Under the pieces are notes generated by a model. The model searched no databases. It saw only the letters and a list, made by a program, of their open reading frames with translations, and was not told the DNA's origin. Made by a program: the position numbers and the translations under genes. 64,000 nucleotides of DNA from Camelus ferus. Lineage: Eukaryota. Positions 1-13,655 of this stretch are shown here, in pieces; positions within the stretch are counted from its first letter, which is position 1; each line of letters starts with the position of its first letter. The DNA is taken from NCBI RefSeq assembly GCF_009834535.1, contig NC_045697.1, positions 96,040,001 through 96,104,000 on the forward strand, in the 5' to 3' direction.

Positions 1-161
1 CTGCAAGCACACTTTTTCAAAACATCTAAAGATATGTTATTTATAAGTAATTTGAAAATTCAGTCATGTTTTTAAAATCTTGAGAAATAAAAATAGTAAT
101 TTATATTCTTGCTTATTATGATTATTACAATTACCTGAATCTGGCACAATTTTGTCTTCTG

Positions 162-163
<2 letters not shown>

Positions 164-193
<30 letters not shown>
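164..193. repeat. poly(T)30 tract
   Basis: 30 consecutive T read directly. Confidence 0.95.
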
Positions 194-197
<4 letters not shown>

Positions 198-254
198 AAT
201 AGCTTGGATAAAAGAAAACTTGCAAAGTACAGTTTTAGAATCATGAGTGGTACA

Positions 255-490
255 GTGCAATGGATAAGGATACAGCCTCTAGAGCTACAGTACCTGGGTT
301 TATAGATGACTTCTGTCACTCATTACCTGTGAGACTCTAAGTTACTTGAGGCCTTGTTCTCCAATTTCTTCATCCACAGACTGATTAACAGTAGCTACCA
401 CACAAGGACAACTTTATGAAGATTAAATATGTCAATCCATGTAAAGCCCTTAAAACCATGTTGGGCAGAAAGTAGGAACTAGACAAACTT
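255..490 (+). mobile_element. MIR SINE, diverged
   Basis: MIR-like core and tail: cctgggtt...acctgtgagact..aagttactt...aatttcttcatc...gaagattaaat...tgtaaagcccttaaaaccatg. Confidence 0.7.
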
Positions 491-1536
491 TTCTTCTTAT
501 CAATGGACACAATTTTTAAATGGCCAGCATGAAAATGGAGCAATTGTATTTTACATTTGTGTAAACAAATGTACAACGTGAAACTGCTTTGTGTTACATT
601 GGTATAACCAGTGCAAATTCAGACTGTGTAACCTATAGAATCAAATGGAAGAAAAAACAAACCAAAAAACCTCCACACACATCCTACCCCAAAGTCTTCT
701 TACTTTAGTTGCCACCCCTACAAGATAAACTTGAATTTTATTTTATCTTTATATTTTATCTCTTATTTTTTTAATCTGTTGTCTAAAGGAACAAAAGTAT
801 TTTATAATTCTGTAATGAGATGAGTATGCAAAGAAGAAATGAGGGTGGATATATGAAAAAGGGAATCTGGATGTCTGAAATATCTGATTTCTAATGAGTT
901 ACACAGCATAATATTTTAGCCCATGTAGAGAAGGAAGGTGCCATTTGAACTGGTATTTTGAAAAAGCACAGTTGTAAGAACATTATCATAAAACAATTTT
1001 ATTTTTGCCTTTGAGTACCTTGTAAAATTTCATCAGTGGGTACTGAATTTCCCCTGCTGATGGATGAAATCTTAGGTGCACTTTATGAATTTTTCTGTCA
1101 CTGTTAAGTGAAAACAAAATAAAACAATAATAAACAAGATACTGCAGGTACATTGAAAACAATTATAATATTCAAATATTAAGAATTCCAAATTTGATTT
1201 AAAATGGCCTCTCCTCTCCTCCCCCAAAGGAGGTGTGTTGTATGGAAGAAGCTTACTGTCAAGGAGGATTACATGATTGGCTTTTCTCTTTTTCTAGCCT
1301 ACCATGGTTATTCCTGTTAACCAAAGATTCTAACAATTCCTGGGTTTGCATGTAAGAAGGAGAGTCAACCAATGCAATAAATGTCTTGCCTGGCTGAATG
1401 CATCTCTGTTTTGGCTGGCCACTCATTCCTTCCTCAGCTTCTTAGAATTCAAACATATTTCTGTTTTTACCTGCTGTGATTGGTTCACACTTAAGAATGC
1501 TCTCTTGGAGAGTTCCTAAATCAATCATACAACTAA

Positions 1537-1538
<2 letters not shown>

Positions 1539-1580
<42 letters not shown>
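1539..1580. repeat. (TG)21 microsatellite
   Basis: Perfect dinucleotide run. Confidence 0.97.
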
Positions 1581-1584
<4 letters not shown>

Positions 1585-2059
1585 GACCTACATTAAGTCC
1601 ATGGGAAAACCTTATGCAGCCTTGCTCTGACTGAAAATGCAGGTATTTTTTAAACTATACCCCTATTTTTCATCTTTATACCATTTTGATTATTATTCAT
1701 AACTTAGATACCAATTTATTTTGTACTCTAGACTTCATTGTACATGTAGGGAGCTCTTCAAATGATCTCTTTAAGAAACTTCTCTTTTGTGTGAGGATAT
1801 ATCTTGCCAGTGGGGAAGGGTAAAATTTCCTAGCATCATTCTATCTAAAGAAATCCTCTTAAAAATTCCTCTCCATGTCCCTCATTTTTTTGTATAACAG
1901 AAACAATTCAGCATTTTCATAAAATATAAATATTGCACTCTGTCATTCCTGCAGTAAGATATTCTATTGACCACTTAAGTCAGCCTTGTTCATTGTGGGA
2001 GAGGAATGTCAAAGGCCTGAATGCTGAGAAGTCATTGGGAGCCTTCTCAGAAGTTGGCT

Positions 2060-2690
2060 ATGGCCATGTTCTCTCTAACCACCAAACATCCATGCACCTT
2101 ACATGTGCAAAATACACTCACCCACTTTCCAAGCCCTGAAGAGTATCATCCCATTAAAATTCTAGAATTTTATTATTTAAATTAAGTTTTATATGTAGCT
2201 CCTCAGGTCAAGTTCCTCTCAATCTGAAGATCTGTGAATTTAAGAGACAACATTTCTATCTCCCCCTGTATGCATACAGACAATATAACAAAGAAGACCG
2301 TTCTAGGATACCGCTACAGACATTCCTGTTCAAAATGGGTTGAGGGGAGTGGTAAGAAGTTCATAGGAATCAATATTCCCTAGTATTTGTAAAATCTTGC
2401 CAGGCAAATGTTGAAAGTTTCTTGTTTGAGACTCAGTCAAATATTTATCATGAACTGATGCTCCATGATTCTTGGCTCTCTGCCTTCTGGATTTCAAAAT
2501 TCTTCATTTTACTCTAAATCTTTCTTCCTGTTCTATTGTAATAGCCCACGTTTGCACCTCAGGCATTTTCTCAGCCAACTTTCTGTACAAGTTTGAATTT
2601 CCACAAGACTTCTTTTAAGTTTTCACTCTCTCTTTCAGTCAAAGCTGGCACACTTCCTGCCAATGTAATTCCCTTAAAGTTTTGTCCATT
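2060..2690 (-). mobile_element. MaLR (MLT1-type) internal fragment
   Basis: accaccaaacatccatgcacctt..atgtgcaaaatacactcaccc and gttcctctcaatctgaagatctgtgaa...gacattcctgttcaaaatggg resemble MLT1 internal sequence as recalled. Confidence 0.5.
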
Positions 2691-2699
2691 TATTTCTAT

Positions 2700-3050
2700 T
2701 GAATTGTCTGTCTTTTTCTTGATCGATTCGTGGAAGTTGTTTTTTTTTTTTTAATATATCTTCGGAGTGAGTACCACTTTTCTATTAGTTTTACATGTTA
2801 CAAGTATCTTCTTCCACTATGTGGCTTGCTTTCTTAATCTTTACATATATATATTTAATTACTGTGATTTAATGTATCAGTCTTCATGGTCAGTACTTTT
2901 TATGTTTAAGAATCTTTAATCAAAGATCAGGTTAATATTCTCCTATATAGTATTCAGGAGACATTTTTTTACTTACCACTTTTGGATCCAAAATTCCCTT
3001 AAAGTGGATTGGAGATCACTAGTCTCTTTTTTCACATATACACTCAAACT
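2700..3050 (-). mobile_element. old L1 ORF2 fragment
   Basis: atgttacaagtatcttcttccactatgtggcttgc...ttcatggtcagtacttttt is a typical antisense L1 ORF2 3' region. Confidence 0.6.
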
Positions 3051-4934
3051 CCATAGACACAGTCCATGCTCTTTCAAGATTTCTTTCACCAAGCTATTTT
3101 CAGGAGTGAAAGTAGTTGGGGGAAAAAAAAGAAAGTAGTGAGAGGGTAGCCCTGAGGATTCTGCAGTTCAGCAAGTGCCCAGTAAGGGGGTAGGGTGAGA
3201 TTCCACTAACTCTGTTCCCTATGAGTTACATTTTTGTGGCTCCCTCACAGGTCTGCATGGGAGTAGCCTTCCCAAGTTCATCCCCTAAAAGGCTTACAAT
3301 GATGATGTCAGGGACTCTCAGTGCTGACTCCTTTCCTCCCTCCCCAGTCATCATGAAGCTCGGTGAACTGGAGAAGTAGAGTTGTGGGGAATATATTCTA
3401 TTATCTCTTTACTAGTTCCTAAGGGTCTTCTTAGAAGTGAGCACACAGCATCTCTTTGTGTCAGCTGTGGGTTCTAATTTCTACGGCAGAAATTCTGCTC
3501 AGCATGTGGTTACATGAGTAAAAATGCAGTTACATGAGCAGAAAAGATTCTTTCTCTTTCCCCTAAGCTTACTTATCTGCCGAATAGTAAATTTCAATAC
3601 TATTGATAGGACATATTAAATTCTGAAATATTCTTTCATAGTATTTATATCAAAGAATTAAAAAAGCAGAAATCATATTTGCAGGAATACAATGCATTGA
3701 ACTTTTAAAGGAAAGTGATCCCAACCATAAAATAATCTGACTTTATTTTCAATAGAATTATCTACTGAATTGCAGAAACTGTAGTATAGAGCCAATCTTC
3801 CAAGTGGGTGAACAAATTTTAAAAGAGAAAAGAATCACTTCTAATAGTATAACTCTTACTAATGTTTCAGCCCTATATACTAAGTTGAGAATCTATTCTT
3901 TATTGTGTACTGTCTCCTATTCAGAATCATTCAGTAAATCTTTCAGTTATTAACTGCACATGGGGTTTGTTTTTGTGCTATGATAGCTCTTCTGGAAATG
4001 AAGTTATAACACAGACTATGTGAAAATTTACAAGGTGCTAATGAGCTCAAACACCACAAATTATTTAAGTAACTTAATGCTGTTGTTATTTTTACAGTGT
4101 CAGAGGAGTTTTCACACTAATGTGAGGCAGCCACATAATTTATTTCTCTGTTTTCAAACTTTCAAGTATAAATCGAAAACATAAGCATAAAGTCAAAAAG
4201 AATGACAAAATTTATTCCTTTCAAATGTTTATATTAAAAAGTATTTTTAACCCAGAGTAATAGAATACAATAATATGATTGCTTTTAATCTTTAACAATC
4301 TGAAAACTTTTATTATAGATTTGAGATAGGGCATGTATAATGGGATGTTCACATATTTAAACTGGATATTTAATTTCTACTGATTTTGGTTTTCTTTACT
4401 ATATTAAAATTTGATCCATGTGTATATTTATACTACAAACCTTTCTGTGAGAGCTGTTCTCATTCCATCACACTTGAAGGTCAATTTTTGTCTTACACGG
4501 ATATGTAAACATTGGATTACTATCAAGTTTCTATTTTCTTAAGGAGCCCTGGGACCTGAGAGTTAAGTTGAATTTTCAGTCTCAAGCAGGGCTAAGGACC
4601 AGAGAGAAAAACAAGCAAATTCAGAGAGTAAGTGGAGGTTGAGTTCTGGGTCTAGCACTAGCTTTGGGCTCTTGAGAGTATAGGAGATCTACTTGTACTG
4701 TTCTAAACCTAACCACCAGGAAAATGAGAAGTGGAGAGGAAGACAAGGTATGTAACATCTATCTCATCAAGTGAAGAACACACTCAGTAAAAAAAAAAAA
4801 TTAAAACCTATACACAGTTAAATTCCCACCAAGGAAATAACTGAAATCAGTTTAACACTCATGTTCTCAATAACTGAATTTCTAAAGTAATATTCTACTT
4901 GCATGCCAGTATATTTAATACTTTCTGAGACCAA

Positions 4935-5135
4935 GTCCTGGATACTGCCAGACTCAGGATTTAATTTCAGCTTCAATGCTTACTAGCTGCAGGATCTTGA
5001 AAAACTTCCTCATATGCTCTAAATCTCAGTTTCTTCAGCTCGGAGATGGGAATGCTTGTAATGCGTATTTCCTAAGGTTGTTTCTAGGTTTAAATTAGTT
5101 AATGAAAGTTAAGTACTTAGCTGAATGCCTGTCAG
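4935..5135 (+). mobile_element. MIR SINE
   Basis: cttactagctgcaggatcttg...ctcagtttcttcagctcggagatggga...aagtacttagctgaatgcctg matches the MIR core and tail. Confidence 0.8.
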
Positions 5136-7199
5136 AGATTTCAATTTTAATGAATTTTAATAATTAGAGTATTACTTTTGCTAAATGATATGATGCATGA
5201 CCTAGACCAGGTGAGTAATAATGTCAATAATATAAAGAATAGTGATCTTTTATTGAGTTTATATGTTAAGAAAATCTCAGTACTTTATATAAGTTAAATC
5301 CTTTCAACAACTCTAGACAATGTGGTGCTTAGAGAGGCTAAATAACTGGAGTAAAGTCTTAAAACTAGGGGGAAAAAAACCCCCACGGTAATGCTTTAAG
5401 AGAGATCTGATCCTTAGGAATTGTAAATGGCAATTAATTGTACTTATTATTAGCAAGAACAAGTGCTAGATTCTACCTTAAATTATCATTTTTAAGTCTG
5501 AAACTGAAGCTGCTTTATTTGTAAGTAAAGCAAATACAGATCAGGTTCAGAGACACTGAGCACACTAACTGGATTCTGATTTTACAACCACAACTGCAAG
5601 CATATGTGCCTTGTACATTTCTGTTAGGGTTTTGGACGTATACCACAGGCTAGCACTTTGCCTTGACATTGCTGCTCTGCAAACAGATGGCAAATTCCTT
5701 GCTGATTTTCAATTAAATTGTATTTTTTTCAGAAACATTGAAAGTATTAAGCATCTAGAAATTTTAGACACATGTACATACAAGATTATGAAGGCAGGAA
5801 AATAAATTTTTGATGGTTAAGACTAAAGTTTAACTAGATAGCTCCTGGACTGATGGCTTTTTTTCCTCTAAGGTTTTCACACTCAATTTCTCATTGTTTC
5901 TTCCACTTAGGCTGGATTTTAGTAAAGGCAACTCTAATCTATAGAGTAGCTTTTATCTGACTAACCTAACTCTGGATTTGTAGCTGCAAAATGGCTGATG
6001 AAAAATTTACTTAAATATTGTATCTCAAACTTCAAAAGGAACATTTGTATTTCCTTCAGTACTACATTTTAAAATCAAAAGACATGCACTGTTAACTTTG
6101 GAGATTGGAATTTGGAAGTTAATACTTTATTTGATTTTAACCAAAAAATTGTATCTTTGTATACAGAGAAAATGAATTTCAATTCAGTAACTCTATAAGT
6201 AAGAATAACAGGGAAAATTAAGAATGCTACATCAATATCATATGCTAAGTAAATCTATATCTCCTATCAACTCTACTATTTTTCTTTTTAATCACCTTTA
6301 CTGATAAGAACTGACCATAAAATGTTCACACCATAAGGGAGCTTCAAGGTTACTGAGCTGAGTATCTTTCTTTCACAGGTTCAAAATATAAAGACCAAGA
6401 ATGTTAATAGAAGTTTCCAAAATGACACAGATAATGGAAGAACTTAAACCTTAATCTGATGAAGGTTAAATGCTATTTTAATCACATGTGAATTATCCTT
6501 ACTGACTGCCAATTATGTAAACATTATAGTATATTATATTATTAAGGCTACTTCATAACCTACTGTCTTCCATGGACTATAAAACATAGTAACAATCTAT
6601 TCTGGGCCACTATTTACTAGACATAATTGGGTAAAAAAGAAATGACAGCAGATAATTCAGGAGGAGATATAAATCAAACATGTACAGAGCTGAATGTGGA
6701 AGTATGTACGTTCACACACACACATAACCACACACACCCACACACACAGTCACTCATACACACTTTTATATATGGAGAATTTGCAAATATACACACAACT
6801 ACATCTGAAAAACTATGAGAGGGCTGTGAAAGAAGTTTTGGTGTAAGAATTACTAGAATATATATAATAAGATTACTAGGAGATATATATATATTACTAT
6901 ATACATATATAAGTAGATCTTAAATAAATATTTCTTTAAAATCCATTAGTGTTGAGCTTTCTCAGGTGTAGAAAGTTTCGTGGTGGAAAGAGATTTTGTT
7001 TCTGATCGTGGTGGAAGGTAAAAAAATAGTGGGGTAGAGCCATAATGCAGGCATGCTTCAGGGCCCTCAGTTCTAATATCAGATCCTTCTCAAATTCTGT
7101 CTTATGATGTCCTTATTCCATTTCTATCCTCAAGTAACTACATATGTATAAGTACCATTAACCTATTAGTTGAGCTATCAAAATTTCTGGAGAAAATTT

Positions 7200-7400
7200 T
7201 ACTTTATTTTGAAATATTTCAAGTATATAAAATATATAAAGAACATTCTATATCCATTATTAACAAAACTTACAACAGAGCTAAATCTCCACTGATGCCA
7301 TTCCTCTTCCACACAGAGGTGCTTACAATTCTGAATTTGTGTTTATCACCCCCTTGCATTTCTTTATATTTTACTATATATATCTGCATCCTGAACCATT
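7200..7400 (-). mobile_element. ancient L1 (L1ME-like) 3' fragment
   Basis: tattttgaaatatttcaag...acaattctgaatttgtgtttatcacccccttgcattttcttt resembles an antisense L1ME 3' UTR. Confidence 0.5.
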
Positions 7401-8949
7401 GTGAACAAACTAGAACTATTCATATCAACATAATGAGTATTAAAAACATAATATTTATATAAAAGTGAAAGAAGATAGTTGGTAAAAAGTATGCAGTATA
7501 TAAATGGTAATCATATGAACTTTTAATTCTTCATCAATGTATAAATAAACATTTTGTATCTCCTTATGTCTTTCCTAGTTTAGATCTAGTTCATGTGCCT
7601 GGCTAAATAATGCATTATATTTTATTTAATAAAAACTCTAGTCCCTGCTTGCAGTCACTAATAGAATCAAGTGAATGTGTTTCTATGACCTAGCAACAAG
7701 AAGCAATGTACCCAATTACTGTCTCTATTATTTTGGATCTCTCAGAAGGAGCTAACGCTGTTTCCTCCTGTCTCCTGGTATCTGACATTGTACCACAGCA
7801 TCTAAGAGCTTTATTTACCAAGATGCCCATTAGTTCTGAGTGTTTGGATTTGTGTGTGTGGGGGGGGGGGTTGCATGTTGGTATCATTCAGGCCAGTTGT
7901 TCCTTCTCTATTTTTGCTGCTGACATTTTATCACTACCTGGCAGAAAATGTGTAGGTCTTTTCGTTCTCCATTACTTGGTCTCTCTGTCATACAATGTAA
8001 TATACAGACTAATATCTGCTCACCAGTAGCTTTTGCCTTCTGGATGTATCTTACCTAAGACTCACATCCTCTGATATAAATGCAATAATTAAGTTTCTCT
8101 GTGAAATGAACCATTTAAAGCTTTAGCACAAAGGTCTTCATAAGGTATGAGAGACTGAATATAACGTTATTAATTGGGTTGCTGCTGTTTCTCTCCCTCA
8201 GCTTTCGTCACAAAAAGCAATTGCTGTGCATCCCTGTGTTATAAAATCACATCTAGCATAGAGAGTAAAATGAACAATTTAATTAATTAAGTATTCTGTG
8301 CAAAAATACTAATTCAAGGAAGAAGAAAGAAACCCACTGAATAAGTTGACTCTGAAAACCTAAAGAGGTTTCCCATTAGAATTAGAAAGTATAAAATCCA
8401 AAGTTACCTCTGACCCTTATGAAAAGTCGCATGCTCTTGTGAGAGCAAACAAAATCACATCAGACACATATATTGAAAAAATGTAATGAAGAGCAATGAA
8501 ACTTAATTGAAGTGCTCTTGGCCATTAGGGTCAGGCCTCCCGTGGAATAGAGGCACAAGCTATTAGGCCTCGCTCTTACTATTGCTATTTAATGCCAGTT
8601 TATTGTAGGTAAGTGCATCTTCTTCTGCTCCATTTAAATTAGTCAAACTTACGTTTTGAAATGTGTAAATACAGATTCAACCTTGGGGAAATTTGTTAAC
8701 GATATTAACAATATTTGCATTTCACTAATGGTGATAGACACATTCTTGCCATTTCCAATTACTATCCACAAATATGTTTAAATAATAAATGAAGAGACTA
8801 GATAAAGTTTACTAATTACTTTGAAAAATGATGTATTTTACTAAATGCTTTACCAAGAAAATAATCGCATTATACCAATAATCAGTTATTTCACTGGAAT
8901 AAATATTTGCCTTCAACATAGCTGTATTTAAAATATCTTAAAGCCTCAT

Positions 8950-9138
8950 AGAGGTAGGGGATTAAGAAATACAAACTATTATGTATAAAATGAGCAGCAA
9001 GGATATACTGTACAACACAAGGAATACAGCCGATATTTTATGGTCACTATAAATGGAGTATAACCTTTAAAAATTGTGAATCACTACATTGTACATCTGT
9101 AATTTATATAACGTTGTATATCACCTATATTTCAATAA
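8950..9138 (+). mobile_element. 5'-truncated L1 3' end (cetartiodactyl-type) with 19-bp TSD
   Basis: L1 3' UTR text (caaggatatactgtacaacacaaggaatacagcc...aattgtgaatcactac...ttcaataaaa). TSD aaatatcttaaagcctcat (8931-8949) vs aaatatttcaaagcctcat (9139-9157). Confidence 0.9.
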
Positions 9139-9179
9139 AAATATTTCAAAGCCTCATCATTTATCCTGTAACTTCAGTT

Positions 9180-9200
9180 ACACACACACACACACACACA
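9180..9200. repeat. (CA)10 microsatellite
   Basis: Direct reading. Confidence 0.95.
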
Positions 9201-9929
9201 TTCAAAAGACAGTACCTGTTTGGGCCTGTATAATAAAGTTCGTTCTTTTTCCTTCATTTGAATAATTTTGTTTTTCTCTTGACCTGAAGTAATAGTTTTC
9301 ATTTTGATAATTCATGCAGGATAATTAGTTGCAGGAGTTCCACAAGTGACTGTATGAAGTAGGTGGAGGTCAGAACTTCATACCAGCAGAGTCAGGTGGA
9401 CAATGAGTTCTTTCCTTGCATCTCTGCACAATGATGTGACTTTGACCTTCAAAAACAGTACACACCAGATATATATGAAGAAATGTAAAGTAAGATACAT
9501 AATAATTGAGTAAAGAAGAAATGACACAATGAATGTGATATATGTAAAGAAATGTGATAGTCATTTAAAAATGATACCATTCTTCAAACATTATAAAAGG
9601 ACTAGATGAAATAAAAAAGTTATGAATTTTTGACTTTTCTTGTAACATATAATTGTAAAAAGCAAAGTGGGTATTTAATAGTTCTGATCATTTTCAAATA
9701 ACAACTCTGGATGTTTATTAACAATTTCTCCCTCCATCCACCCCCACACGTATACTATCACATTGACTTTTCCTTGAAAAGCAGTACTTTGGTATCAGCT
9801 GTAAATGTTTTGAGGTAACTTATAAGGAGAAACTTGAGTTCTGTGTAATGCTCATGAGAGGATGACCATGCATAAAAATAAGGTCAAGGAATTGACATTA
9901 TTCCACAGATGTCATTAGCACAAAGCATT

Positions 9930-10130
9930 GTCAAAGGCCTTTCTTTTGCTTTTACACTTAAAAATTTTTATCAATAACTTAAATAACATTTTAATCAAGA
10001 TGAGATAACAAATATTTTAATACTCTGGATGGAAGACTCATAATCCAAAATGATCCTGACAGATTGGAGCACATGCCTAATACGACATGTCTATATTTAA
10101 AGGGAAAAAATATACAGCCTTGTTAGCAAA
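9930..10130 (+). mobile_element. L3/CR1 LINE RT fragment
   Basis: Sequence from 10022 translates TLDGRLIIQNDPDRLEH, resembling the CR1 motif IQNDLDRLEHW. Upstream atttttt-atcaataactt resembles IFINDL. Confidence 0.65.
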
Positions 10131-10269
10131 GGCTAAATGATGAGTTCATGAAACATCTGAGAAAGTAGTAATTTAAACAAAATATATAATTACTTTAATT
10201 AAATATATAATCCAATCACAAAATTCACCAATTGACAAGACAAAGATAAACTTGAGTTAAGAACAGAAT

Positions 10270-11466
10270 TTCTAGAAATAAAAACTATTTTTATTTAAAA
10301 ATTTTATTATCCAAAAAAGGATTAGTATACTGAATGATGTATTTGCACATACTGAAAATAATTTAGTGTGGGAAGAGAAAGAATGAATGAGATAGTACCA
10401 GATAAGATTAGAAAGAAAAGAAACAGGAAACAAACATAATATAGAGAAAAAGAATAAATGTAAAGTTTGTTCTTTAAAAAAAAAGATAGAAAAATCTCTG
10501 GCTAGATTGAACAAAAAACAAAAAAGAACAGACACAAATTTAAAAAAATCAGTAAAAAAAATCAGAAATAGATGCATGTGAAACTATTATACTAAATTTT
10601 GAAGGTTTTTATGAAATACTAAAATTTCTAGAAAAATACAACTTGAATGTGAATCACAGAAAACTTAGATATTCCTATAAATCCTAAATAAGTTGAAGTA
10701 TTCATAATGAAACTCACAAGGAAAACACAAGGCCCAGGTGATTGTTAAACTGAAGTGCTACATGGTATTATTGGAGCATAATATTCAAATGGTATCCAAA
10801 GTTTTGAAGATAATGTATAAGAAGGAATACTTTCCATCTTATTCAGGGGTGCTAGATTACTTTTAAATCAAAAAGAGATAGAAATTTTATTAAGGAATAT
10901 TAGTCAACTTCTTCCTCAACAAAGAGCACAGTATCTTTAACAAACTACTAAGCTATATTCTACCAGTATAATGGTTAATTCAACATGGAAAGTTGATTTT
11001 ATCCTGAGAATGGACAAGGATAGGTGAACAAATGAAATCTATACATAGCACTTAATGTATTAACAGAGTAAAGATAATAAAGAGTAAACATGGCAGATTC
11101 AGATTATGTACTGTCAAAGTCTGATATGTCTTTACAGTATTAATAGAAATCTTAAACAAAAACAATTAGGAAACAAAGAAAATTTCTGAAAATGATGAAT
11201 ACCTACAAAACTCTTATTGCACAACATCAATCTTGAAAAACTGGGTAATCTTGGGAAAATACTTTAAAAATAAGAAAAATACAAGGATACCGACAATCTC
11301 AGCTACCATAAACATTGTATTCATTGTAATCCTAATTAGCATTATAAAATAAGCAAAATAAATTAAAGGCACAAAGTTAGAAAAGACAAAATAAAACATA
11401 ATTTTTTAAGATAATATGATAGGCTATTGTAGAAAACTCAAAAGAATCTGTAGGTACACTATTAGA
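10270..11466 (+). mobile_element. old L1 (L1M) ORF2 fragment, heavily decayed
   Basis: A-rich ORF2 landmarks: atagagaaaa..gtttgttcttt..gatagaaaaatctctggctagattga, aaatttctagaaaaatacaactt, ggcccaggtg, tagaaaactcaaaagaatct. Confidence 0.75.
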
Positions 11467-12230
11467 AGATGAGCCAAAGACTTGAATAGACATTTTTCCA
11501 AAGATATACAAATGGCCAGCTGACACATTAAAAAAATGCTCAAAAATTGGTAATCATCAGAAGAATGCAAATCAAAACCACAATGAGATATGACTTCACA
11601 CCTATCAAAATGGCTATTATCAAAAAGTCTGGGAATAACATGTTGGCAAGGATATGGAGAAAAGAGAACCCTAGTACACTGTTTATGGGATTATACACTG
11701 GTGCAGAAACTATGGAAAATAGTATAGAGGTTCCTCACAAAATTAAAAATAGAACTACCAAATGATTCAGAAATTCAACTGCTGGATATATACTCAAAGA
11801 AACACAAATATTAATTAGAAAAGATACATGCACGCCAGTGTTTATAGCAGCATTATTTACAGTAGCCAAGATATGGAAGCAAACTTAATGCCCATTAACA
11901 GATGAATGAATAAAGAATATATAATGGAATTTTACTCATAAAAATGGAAAGTTTGCCATTTGCAACAATGGAGATGGACCTAGAGAGTATTATGCTTAGT
12001 GAAATAAATCAAAGACAATTATTATACATTATCATTTACATGTGGAATCCACAGAATAAAATTCTAGAATCTAGAAACAGACTCACAGATATAGAGAGCA
12101 AATTAGTGGTTACCACTGGGGAGAGGGAAGGTGGGCAGGACAAGGTAAGGATGTAAGATAAACAAACACAAATTACTATGTATAAAATGAACAAGCAACA
12201 GGGATATATTGTATAACACAGGGAAATATA
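11467..12230 (+). mobile_element. younger L1 ORF2 C-terminus plus 3' UTR, lacking the polyA end
   Basis: The ORF track gives IIRRMQIKTTMRYDFTPIKMAIIKK and LPFATMEMDLESIMLSEINQ, which are L1 ORF2p C-terminal motifs. The 3' UTR stops at ...aacacagggaaatata. Confidence 0.92.
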
Positions 12231-13655
12231 TTAGGGAAGTTTTCAGTTATTATTCCTTCAAATAATTTCCCTGTCACTTTACCTCTTCTTCTCCATAGTG
12301 TTAATGTTAGTACACCTGATGTAATTCTAGAGATCTCTTAAATTATCCTCATTTTTTAAATTCCTTTTTCTCTTTTCTGTTCAGTTCAATTGATTTCCTC
12401 TACTCTATCTTTCAATTTGCTGCTCTGTTTCTCTGTACAATCTAATCTACCATTGATTAGTTTTTTCTTTTTTCAGTTATTGTATTTGTTTGGTTGGTTC
12501 TTTTTTATACTTTATAACTATTCAAATTCTCACTGTGTTCATCTATTCTTTCTCTCAAGGTCATTGAGCATCTGTACAATCATTATGGTGAACATTTTTT
12601 CAGGTAGATTGCTTATCTCCATTTTGTTCAGTTCTTCTGGGTTTTGTCTTTTTTCCTTTGGAACATATTCCCTGCTTTCTCATTTTGCCAAATTCTCTGA
12701 GTTTATTTCTATGTATTAGGTCTGCTACATTTCCCACTCTTGGAGAAGTGACTTTATCTTGGTGATGTCTCGTGGGGCCTAGCAGCATACTCATCTCTGG
12801 TCACCAATGGTGCCCCTTGTATGGGCTGTATGGCTCTTTCTATTGTAACAGGGCCAACTACCATGGGCACACTGGTAGGTGGGGCTGGCCCCTGGCCCAT
12901 TTGGCTGTCAGCCCACTTGTTCTCAGGGTCAGGTCCTGGTATAGGCTACAAGGCCCGGGAGCTGGGGGGGGGGGGCTTGTGGCTGGTGCTGGCCCACCAG
13001 TGAGTGGGTAAGCATCTAAAGCTAACAGGTTAAAGAAAGAACTCTAAAATGATACTTGCCTACATCAGTATCCTCGTGGTAGAATGAACTCCCAAATATG
13101 GCTGTTGCCAGCATCTATCTTCAGGGGTAGTATCCATTACTTCCTGCCTGTCTAGAAGGCTCTCCAAGATCAGTAAGTCAATCTGACCCAAGCTCCTTTC
13201 ATTTCTGCATCTGTGCTGGGCCTCAGTGTTTATGAGATTTTGTGTACCCTTTAAGAGTGGAGTTGTTTCCTATAGCCCTCTGGCTCTCCCATACACAAGC
13301 ATCACTTGCCTTCAAAGCTAGATATCCTGGGGACTTATCTTTCCAGAGCAGGGCTTCTGGGCTAGGAAGCCCAAAGGGCAGCTTGGACCCCTTGCTCCCT
13401 TGGGAGAACCTCTGAAATTGTGATTATCTTCCTGTTTTTGGGTCAAATACTAAGGGTGTGGGTTTTGACTATACTGTGTCTCCACTCCTCCCATCCATCT
13501 CCTTGCCATTTCTTCTTTACATGTTTATTTGTGGAATATCTTTCAGCTAGTCTTCAGGTCATACTCATAGATAACTGCTCTATAAATAGTTGTAATTTTG
13601 GTGTGCCTGTGGGAGGAGGTGAATTCAGGGCCTTCCTGCTCTGCCATCTTGGACA
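12231..13655 (-). mobile_element. L1 5' UTR plus N-terminal ORF1, antisense
   Basis: Ends in gccatcttgg (the L1 start CCAAGATGGC on the minus strand), followed by a GC-richer 5' UTR. Antisense ORF1 text ttagggaagttttcagttattatt encodes the ENFPN motif. Confidence 0.85.

Noticed and set aside
12770..13020. GC-rich stretch as a host promoter or CpG island
   Set aside because: It lies within the antisense L1 5' UTR and is CpG-poor.
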